This document shows, in pieces, positions 54,163 through 64,000 of a stretch of 64,000 nt of DNA. The stretch comes from Eledone cirrhosa (lineage: Eukaryota): NCBI GenBank assembly GCA_964016885.1, contig OZ024754.1:18352001-18416000 (forward strand). The letters are read 5' to 3'. Under the pieces are notes generated by a model, which was given only the letters and a program-made list of their open reading frames with translations, had not been told where the DNA came from and searched no databases. The stretch's first letter is position 1, and each line of letters starts with the position of its first letter. Made by a program: the position numbers and the translations under genes.

Positions 54163-55052
54163 TCTATATATATATAAAATTAAGTATGTGCCTGTGTGTC
54201 TGTGTATTACCTATAGGGGCCTACATCTTATGACCGATTTTCATGAAACTTTACAGGCTCATAGACTAGTCATCGGAGAGTGTTTTCTATACATCAGCGT
54301 ATCCGTTTTTTTTATTCTGGGGTCATTCTGCAGATAAAAATCGAGGGGGGGGGGTCACCTTTTTTTAGGTATCGAAAAATACATTTTGCCACCGATTTCA
54401 TTCAAATTTTAAAGCAAAATAAAATTTATCATTGCACATCCTGTAATGGCTTTATATTTTGCATTTGTTGTTCAGGGACGGCGTGGCAGCCGCTTAAATA
54501 TTCAAAAATACCACTTTTAGACTCAAATTTTCACTTTTTCGGCTCTAGCTCCCACATTAATCAACCTACTTTGTTCAAATTTTACACTACACTAGATCTG
54601 ATTATTCCACGTCTTAAAGTGGCTTTACATTTTGGAATTTTTGTTCAGGAACGGCGTGGAAGCCGCTTAAATATTCGAAAATACCACCTTTTCGACTCTA
54701 GCTCCCACAATTTTCAACCGATTTCGTTCAAATTCGAAACTTCGGCTCCACCTCACACATAAATCAATTTATTTGATTCAACTTTTATACTACGATAGAA
54801 CCTATCATTGCACATCTTATAGTAGCTTTACACTTTGCATTTTTTGTTCAGGGACGGCTTGGCAGCCGTTTAATTCTTCAAAATAAGATTTTTTCCACCT
54901 CCCACATATTCCATACGATTTCTCTCAACATTTTGCCATTTGCTACACCTTACGACCGATTTTCAAGAAACTCGCAGTCGCTAAGATCAACACCTTTTCA
55001 TCAAAGCAGATATTATTTTACCTACCCAGGCAACGCTGGGTACTGCTGCTAG
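54163..55052 (+). mobile_element. Non-autonomous Helitron, apparently nested in a TTAA-type MITE (~54035-55158)
   Basis: A|TCTATATATATATAAAAT ... CCCAGGCAACGCTGGG-TACTGCTGCTAG|T; three internal TTGTTCAGG.ACGGC.TGG.AGCCG.TTAA repeats. Confidence 0.88.
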
Positions 55053-55704
55053 TTCTTTAATAAAGTTATTTATTATGAAAGGTTTTTAGATAAATATAAG
55101 GACTTTAAAATAAACAACTCAGTATCGTAGAACCAGGGATGGTACCAGAAAGGTTAAAGTGTTTACATTCATCTAAAACCTTTCCATCATAATTTTATGA
55201 AAGAACATGTTAGATTCTAGAGCTGTTTTCACAGTTTTATAAAAAAAATACTGACATAACACTAACACTGCCAATTTCCAGTAGATTGGTATAAGGTCAA
55301 GCAACTAGTTTTGACACTGCTATCATGCATGAAAGACTTCAGTTTGTAAGATATGAAGGAGATTCCTTGAATTAAGTGGACATACTGAAAATAAATCCAA
55401 GGAATGAGTTGAAGCAGAAATTTTGCAATAGAAACAGGAATATTCATAGACAACAATATTTATTACTTGACAACAAAAGTAAAGGACTCTTAAAATCAAT
55501 ACATATACTGTCAATCGATGGTCTTATCCCAAATCAAATCAATGCATATAACTAAACATGGAATGTATAGATTTGATGAGCTGATATAGTTCTGGGTGAT
55601 ATTATTGTGTGTTGAAACATTGATAAATATGGCATTGAGTAACAAGTTTAATATGTGTTTTAGTAGAAAGCTACAGCAACGAAAATGTTAAAAATAATGG
55701 TTCC

Positions 55705-55900
55705 TGATTTAGACACAAGGCCAGCAATTTTAGGGAGGAGAAAGTCAATTAAATCGACCCCCCAGTATATGACTGGTACTTTATTTTATCGACCCCATAA
55801 AGAAGAAAGACAAAGCTAACTTTGACCAGATTCAAACTTAGAATGTAACTCTGCCACAAAGCAGGGTGTCTGACGCTCTACCGATACTGCCAATCCACCG
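55705..55900 (-). mobile_element. SINE family B-related copy
   Basis: CTACCGATACTGCCAATCCACCG is the reverse complement of the family B head; Deu-like body. Confidence 0.8.
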
Positions 55901-56030
55901 ATAAAGATGTTGGAATGTTACATTGGAGGTGTTTAATATTCTTTGATATTTCAGGATAAAATCAAAAGAGTTGAGGAAACTAATTCAGAGGAAGATATCC
56001 TGTGTCATTCTTATACAACACCCTCTTTAA

Positions 56031-56232
56031 CCCTTTAGTATTTACATTACTCTATATTTTCTATATTTTCATGGCAAAGAAAGGTTTTATCTCACATAAT
56101 ATCGAATCTATGAGATTTTGATATTTATTTTGAGAACAATACCTTAACATTAGTATGAGTAGCCAGTTACGGTTTGAACAGAAAGAGGTGAGAGAATTCT
56201 GGCCAGATATGGCTCGTTTAAATGGTAAAGGG
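56031..56232 (-). mobile_element. piggyBac-type MITE
   Basis: TTAA-CCCTTTAGTATTTA ... TAAATGGTAAAGGG-TTAA. Confidence 0.8.
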
Positions 56233-58589
56233 TTAAGTTTAATGTTATCCACTGAATATACAACATTTCAGACCCAAACAAATGTGACGACCCTGTAATA
56301 CTAGGATCAGGGAGAAATGTGTGGCTAAGAAGATTCTCTGCAAAGTAATATCACAACTTTCATACAATGGTGCATCTAAGGTTGTTACTAAACAATTCAG
56401 GATCATGTAAGATTTCGTAAATGATAGGCATGAATTCCAATTGCCAATGTAGTATTTTATATTTTTCATCTTACTTTTTGTGTTTTACAGTTTTATATCA
56501 ATTAAATCAATTAAAGGGAAATCTTCTGCCTAAGATAAAGTGGCCCCTACTTTTTGACAGTCTCCAACAACCACATAAACCTCATTCTGTATGGAGCAAG
56601 GATTTTTTCCTCAGTTACAATATCTGTATATGACAATATCTGTATATGACAATATCTGTTTAAACACATTTTCAGATAAGAAATTTTTGCAAAAGAAATA
56701 TAAAAAAATATATAATTTTTGTGATAATGAATAAGGTTCTGGAATAAATTAGGTTTGTTACCCAAGAGACCAGAGTATTATTACTTGATATTTTTAACTG
56801 GGTGACTTTGCAGTTCCGATGAAGTTATATTTTGTTAAGTATGGAAATATAGAAAGACGGCCATTGAAATCAAAATTATGCCACAGAGAAATAGCCACGA
56901 GACTCAGAGCCCATCACTCTCTCTCTCCTACTTTCCTTCTAGCCCAAGAGTCCCTGCTTTTTCCCCTCCTTTTCCTCTCATTTATGGCACTTATAGTCCT
57001 TTCTTTTATTTTCCCATACAGCCAGATTTGCCCTTCTTTACTCCTGCCCCGTTTTCTCATTACTTAATTTTGTTTTTATCTTTCTTTTTCATATTTATGT
57101 AATTATCAATGGTTTTTAAACCAGCTTTCTAAGTGAAACATGTATTAAGAATAAACATTTCTTGAATTAAAAATTTAAAAAGAAAATGAAAGTAAAATAA
57201 GAAAAAAATCTTAAGATTGAACCCTATAGTGGCCATATTTTTAACAAATACATTGTCTAAAGGTTTCAATTATTATTATTATTATTGCTTTTTAAATAAA
57301 CAAGAATTTCTCCATTATTAAGCTGCAGTTTGGAATATAACATACCAGAAGATTCTTAAGTAAAAAAAATTTAAGAGGTTTGAATTTCAATAAAATACTT
57401 TAAAATCGACAATTTTATATGTTAGAAATATGTGAGGGGGGAGAGGGAGGTCTCCGGGAGGTTATGGACTGATAATATTCTATGGTGGATTTATAAAAGA
57501 AATATGTGTAAAAGTGTTCATGAGTCAGCTGAATGTGAAAGAGATATTGAAATGTAGAATTTTCCTGATTATTCATTGTTGAGAGGTTTATTTAATGTTA
57601 TATAAAACAATAGCAATTTGACAGAGTTACACATTTTCTGATATTACACTACACAACATTCATTTTGATATACACAATAAGTTAGTGTGTTCAATTATAA
57701 ATGAAATAGCTGCAATCAGAGTAGAAGCATTGTGATATGAGAAACACCTATTATTGGATCTATGAGGTTCTCGGAACCAATCTTTTATTTAGGCAGTGCC
57801 TTCATTACCAAAACTGTACATTATCAATAATGATATTTTTACTTCAGCTTATAAATAATACATGCTATTGTCTATTAGTGAAACTTGCCAAATTAACAGG
57901 AAAAAACAAAGTTATTTAGAATTCATCATCATCATCATCATCATCACCACCAGCCTTTTAATGGATGATTTTTTACCTAGCATGACCTGACTGGATTTTC
58001 ATTGATGTTTCCTTCTAATAATTATCTTTTTGCAAATTCCTCATGATCAACTTCCTTTCCCCTATTACCTCCCCTTTCACCACCCCTTTCACCTATCTTA
58101 CAATCAGTGGTAGATTTCCATACAACGGGAACAGCAGTGTGAAGAGCTTACTTCATAATCACTATCAGTTCAGTCCCTCTGCATAATACTTGCTACTATT
58201 GCCTGAGGCTAACCAAATCTTTGTGAGTGAAATCTGGTGGATGGAAACTGTATGGAAGCCTATTTATAATTTTATATATATATATATAAAATCGGTTACG
58301 AGTGTTTCACAGATGGGTGGCTCAGGATCATTGATATTATCATATAATATGGGTCCTGAGTCATCCATCTGTGAAACGTTCAGCCTAATCAATAAAAACT
58401 TCAATCTGAAACCTTGTTTTCTTCTTAATATATACACTCTGCCACAGCATAGAGTACTAATATTGGTACCTCCCTCAGTAAACCACAAATCTACTAAATC
58501 ACCTAATTATACATATATGTGTGTGTGTGTGTGTGTGTGTGTTCGTTTTATTAAGGTTAGGTAGTGAGTCATGTTTTGGAGTTTCGTCT

Positions 58590-59392
58590 GTTTCATCATC
58601 ATTTTACGTCCGCTTTTCCCTGCTTGCAAGGGTGGGACGGATCTTATTCAGCACAGCATATCTCCACTTGTCACGGTCCTTCGTCATCTCCACCGTGAGC
58701 TTCAGCGATCTGTGGTCTGCTCTCACCACCTCCACCCATGTTTTTCGTGGTCTACCTCTACCACGTCTTCCTTCAACTGGCAATTCCTGGCACTTCTTCA
58801 TCCATTGGTCATCCTCCATGCGCATCACATGTCCATACCACCTCAGTCTCCTCTCCCGTACACTACATTCTATCTCTCTCAACACATTCATGCTGAGTCG
58901 TTCACGCACATTGACATTGCACATCTAACGGAGCATGCTTGCCTCATTTCTCTCAAGCCATCGCATATCCTCTGCAGTTGCTGCTCATGTCTCACTACCA
59001 TGCAGGATCGCGCTCCTCACACAGGCATCATATAACCGCCCTTTCGTATGCAAGGAGAAACCCTTCTTCGTCAGCAGAGGAAGCAGCTCCCTAAACTTCT
59101 TCCAACCCGTCCTTATTCTAGATACTATGGCCTCGGAACACCCCCCTCCCATGCTAATCTGAGCTCCTAGGTACCAGAAGCTATCCACCACTTCTATAGC
59201 ACCCGCCTGCATTTGGAAAATGTGTCTATCAATGTGACTTCTGTCTAATTTCCCTGTACATCTACTGCATATGTATTTCTCCCTACCTGTTAGTTTGCCT
59301 GCTATCCCACTACATCTCTTGTGTACCCAGGATCTGCATTGTGTGCATTTTATAGAATTTATGCCAGTTCTTTTTCTGCATAAAATTCCAAC
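58590..59392 (-). mobile_element. 5'-truncated RTE-clade LINE with a PHD-like Cys/His insert
   Basis: CRKRTGINSIKCTQCRSWVHKRC..YICSRC, VDSFWYLG, RIRTGWKKFRELLPLL, KGRLYDACVRSAILHGSET, RRLRWYGHVMRM, GRRGRGRPRKTW; (ATG)n tail. Confidence 0.92.
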
Positions 59393-59744
59393 CAATGTCA
59401 GTATGGAAAAATGGACATTAAATAATGATGATGTATGTGTTTATCCATGTCTCTGTCCAGGTGTATATACAACCAATTCTCTGTGTGCATGTTTATGTTG
59501 TTTGTTTCTATCTCATAATTTAGCTGTTTGGCAAATAGCAATCACTAAAATAGGAACCACACTTGAAGAAATATGTACAGAGTGATCAATATGATCGACT
59601 AAAATTCCATAAAGGAGGCACCCCAGCATGGCCGCAGTCTAATGACCAAAAATAGTAAAAGAATAAAAAGGTAGCGTCAATTTTATCCCCATCAAATAAC
59701 TAATACATTAGCTTGCTTACATCAACAACAAATGTTTCACTTGC

Positions 59745-61355
59745 ACTCCCAGTCCCCAACAGACATGTCTAGTCCCTCGCACTCACCAACAGACGTGTCT
59801 AGTCCCTCGCACTCACCAACAGACGTGTCTAGTCCCTCGCACTCCCCAACAGACGTGTCTAGTCCCTCGCACTCCCCAACAGACGTGTCTAGTCCCTCGC
59901 ACTCCCCAACAGACGTGTCTAGTCCCTCGCACTCACCAACAGACGTGTCTGGTCCCTCGCACTCCCCAACAGACGTGTCTGGTCCCTCGCACTCACCAAC
60001 AGACGTGTCTAGTCCCTCGCACTCACCAACAGACGTGTCTGGTCCCTCGCACTCCCCAACAGACGTGTCTGGTCCCTCGCACTCACCAACAGACGTGTCT
60101 AGTCCCTCGCACTCCTCAACAGACGTGTCTAGTCCCTCGCACTCACCAACAGACGTGTCTGGTCCCTCGCACTCACCAACAGACGTGTCTAGTCCCTCGC
60201 ACTCACCAACAGACGTGTCTAGTCCCTCGCACTCACCAACAGACGTGTCTGGTCCCTCGCACTCACCAACAGACGTGTCTGGTCCCTCGCACTCCCCAAC
60301 AGACGTGTCTGGTCCCTCGCACTCACCAACAGACGTGTCTAGTCCCTCGCACTCACCAACAGACGTGTCTGGTCCCTCGCACTCCCCAACAGACGTGTCT
60401 GGTCCCTCGCACTCACCAACAGACGTGTCTAGTCCCTCGCACTCCTCAACAGACGTGTCTAGTCCCTCGCACTCACCAACAGACGTGTCTGGTCCCTCGC
60501 ACTCCCCAACAGACGTGTCTGGTCCCTCGCACTCCCCAACAGACGTGTCTGGTCCCTCGCACTCACCAACAGACGTGTCTAGTCCCTCGCACTCCCCAAC
60601 AGACGTGTCTGGTCCCTCGCACTCACCAACAGACGTGTCTAGTCCCTCGCACTCACCAACAGACGTGTCTGGTCCCTCGCACTCCCCAACAGACGTGTCT
60701 GGTCCCTCGCACTCACCAACAGACGTGTCTAGTCCCTCGCACTCCTCAACAGACGTGTCTAGTCCCTCGCACTCACCAACAGACGTGTCTGGTCCCTCGC
60801 ACTCACCAACAGACGTGTCTAGTCCCTCGCACTCACCAACAGACGTGTCTAGTCCCTCGCACTCACCAACAGACGTGTCTGGTCCCTCGCACTCACCAAC
60901 AGACGTGTCTGGTCCCTCGCACTCCCCAACAGACGTGTCTGGTCCCTCGCACTCACCAACAGACGTGTCTAGTCCCTCGCACTCACCAACAGACGTGTCT
61001 GGTCCCTCGCACTCCCCAACAGACGTGTCTGGTCCCTCGCACTCACCAACAGACGTGTCTAGTCCCTCGCACTCCTCAACAGACGTGTCTAGTCCCTCGC
61101 ACTCACCAACAGACGTGTCTGGTCCCTCGCACTCCCCAACAAACGTGTCTGGTCCCTCGCACTCCCCAACAGACGTGTCTGGTCCCTCGCACTCACCAAC
61201 AGACGTGTCTAGTCCCTCGCACTCCCCAACAGACGTGTCTGGTCCCTCGCACTCACCAACAGACGTGTCTAGTCCCTCGCACTCACCAACAGACGTGTCT
61301 GGTCCCTCGCACTCCCCAACAGACGTGTCTGGTCCCTCGCACTCACCAATAGATG
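59745..61355. repeat. 30-bp minisatellite AGACGTGTCT(A/G)GTCCCTCGCACTC(A/C)CCAAC, about 54 units
   Basis: Directly visible and highly homogeneous. Confidence 0.97.
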
Positions 61356-61449
61356 TATCTACTCACGTCCACTCAATTTTCTCAAGATTACTTCATATCA
61401 CTTAAATCATGTCCAAATACTTCACATATTCCATTATAACATTTTATGC

Positions 61450-61790
61450 ACTTATTCATGAGAGGGCAGAGGGGCAAAGTCCTCCAACACTCCCTCCAGC
61501 AGGTCCTCTCAGAAGCAACCATCTCCAACTGATCTGGCTGGATCCCCAATCAAGACCAGCGAAGCTCATGGATGTTATCCAACCATCTTACTCGGAGTCA
61601 CCCCTTGGATCTCCTGCCAGTTGGTTTTGCCCATAAAATCTGTCCAGCGATTCTTTCCTAGGACATTCTAACCACATGCCCATCGTATCGGAGCTGTGAT
61701 CTCTCAATTCGGAGAAGTAGCAGCTCTACCTAGAGTGACTATCTGATCTCCGAGCTACGTACTCTATCAAGTACCGCTACTCCAAAGACC
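61450..61790 (-). mobile_element. Decayed RTE-clade LINE C-terminal fragment
   Basis: LDRVRSSEIR..LLLRIERSQLRYDGHVVRM..PTGRRSKG..RWLDNI with stops. Confidence 0.75.
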
Positions 61791-61988
61791 CTGTCAATAT
61801 GTCATACATCTTATATAACATTTGTAATCACTATATACAACATTCTGTCAATATATCACACTTATATCTTACATAGCATCAGAATTTTAAGTTATATACA
61901 ACATTTTTATGTTAAAAGTGAATCCATTGTTAGTTTTAAAAGGCAGTAGTTTTCTAATCTACTTCAAATCATTTTAAATGTTCTTTAA

Positions 61989-62207
61989 CTCTTTAGTATT
62001 TAAACAAGCCATATCCGGTCAGAATTCTCTCACCTCCTTCCTTTCAAACTGGCTGTAACCAGCCAGTCATACTGATGTTAAGGTATTGTTCTCAAAATAA
62101 ATAACATCAAAATCTCATAGAATCAATATTATGTGAGATAATTATGAGGTAAAACTTTTACCGTGAAAATACAATAGTAAATATAGAGTAATGTAAATGG
62201 TAAAGGG
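61989..62207 (+). mobile_element. piggyBac-type MITE
   Basis: TTAA-CTCTTTAGTATTTA ... TAAATGGTAAAGGG-TTAA. Confidence 0.8.
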
Positions 62208-62614
62208 TTAAACTACTTCAAATCACTTTGAAAGTTCTTTAATCTACTTTTAATCACTTTACACTGCAGTTAGCTATGAATAACTACTACATACTGATTA
62301 CATTGTCAAAATAACAATCAAAATACAGAACTGACTTATTAATAGCAATGTTACCATTCTTATGGGTCTAATGTTTTTAGTAGCAGTGTTACCATTCTTA
62401 TGGATGTAAAGGATTTTTTAAAATACACTACTGAACAGTATGTGCACATTCATTCAATTAGCGTATATGCATATGCACATGCTAATTCAATTAGTTTGTG
62501 TGTGTACATGTACTATCTAAAATAGCATGTATGTACACGGAGATACACACACCACTATTTCAAATAATATAAGTACACACACCCACGCACCACATATTCA
62601 CATACATTACACAC

Positions 62615-62645
<31 letters not shown>

Positions 62646-63394
62646 CATAGCAAACTTCTTAACCACATAGCTATGTATGGATCCCATTGTTTTTAAGTAA
62701 CCATTTTTTTCCATGCAAGACAATAAACACCAGCTTTTCTAAGAGCATATCATTAATGTCTTCAGTTTGTGTGTCATTTCACCTTTGGGATCAAACCTCA
62801 ATGCTTCTGGCTATATCTTCCTTGGAATGCTGAGACAATATTTGCTGGTATTGCTACAGCAAGTAGAAAAGAAATCCAACACCACACAGAGATGCTATGA
62901 ATGATTACAGATCAAGAAAACTAAAGAGCACATATCGTCGTTCTTTTGTTCCTAGAAAGATGGAAGACGGGAAGTAATAGTTGTCTGTCTGAGTCACTAT
63001 AGATATTTGAGTACAGGATATCAAAGACTTCAGTTTTTTACCATTCTAAATCAGTGAAGAATATCTTGTTGCTATGGTAGCTAACAGGTATTCAGGCATA
63101 TTTTTTTTCCAATAGTAGTTATATATCTATTAACAGTCTCGTATAATTATCTTTACCTTCAGATATCTGATAGTACTTGCTATTTTCAATGCCAACTGAC
63201 TATAATTGGTCCAGTGGTACACACACACTTTACACATGGTTTGGGTGGTTAACAGGCCTCATTCAGAACCATATCATTTTCGAGTTCAGTCCCATTGATG
63301 GCACCTTCACTAATTAAGTGTCTTCTGTTAGACCCAGGCTGACCAATGCTTTGTGAGTGAAATTAGGAAGGCATAAATTGCATGGAAGTCTGCA

Positions 63395-63427
<33 letters not shown>

Positions 63428-64000
63428 ATTTTGTATTAATCATTACTAAACATCTAATGAGATATTGAAAATTAGCTTAAATAATTATCGTGTCGTCTTG
63501 AGTTTGTTATGAGTCTCTTTTTAAAAAAGGATGCCACAGAGTGTACGATAGATAATGATTACAATATTTTTGAGCAACAACTCTAGTCCCACACTTTTGA
63601 AGGTTTATAACATTCTGTGGTTCTTTTGAGCTTGCGCATTTATCAGGTCTAGTAACTATTCTGTTCTTGGCACGGGGCAGCGATTGTCCCAGCGCATTGC
63701 TGGTGCCATGTTTTTGGGCCCAAACTGTAAAAGTCAACAGTTGACATGATCTTGTATCAGTACTGACGGTAATATGTGTGTGTGTATGAGTGGCGTGTGT
63801 GTGTTTGTATGCATGAGTGTTGGTGTGTGAGTGACTGTGTGTGTTTGTGCCGTGAGTGTCAATAAGTGGTGTTTTCCTTTTTTTTTTGTTATGACCCTGC
63901 TGTAAAATGGAGGGGTAGAGAGGGCTCATGGGTCCAGTAAGACATCCTCTCTAGTGCTGGTGGCACGAATAAAAGCACCCAGTCCATGCTGTAAAGTGGC

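Overview
AT-rich, repeat-dominated metazoan genomic DNA, intronic or intergenic. The microsatellite density and the CORE- and Deu/Nin-type SINEs suggest an octopus-like cephalopod (inference). I can support no intact host protein-coding gene; most ORF-track entries are simple-repeat artefacts. The window holds: decayed retroelements (several RTE-clade LINE fragments, a CR1-group RT fragment, a near full-length Penelope-like element with RT + GIY-YIG at ~44.2-46.85 kb and a second Neptune-type GIY-YIG remnant at ~41.9-42.9 kb); two tRNA-derived SINE superfamilies in many copies; two non-autonomous Helitrons; TTAA-flanked piggyBac-type MITEs; a Tigger-like MITE; a mariner remnant; and large minisatellites (22, 26, 51, 29, 30 bp units). 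The most notable signals are four type-I hammerhead-ribozyme motifs. Two lie in diverged copies of a small non-coding repeat and show compensatory stem changes (retrozyme or solo-pLTR-like), and one has an unusually long stem II. Also notable are several template-switch-like rearrangements and a SINE/LINE pair sharing an identical 3' tail. All alignments and folds were done by eye.
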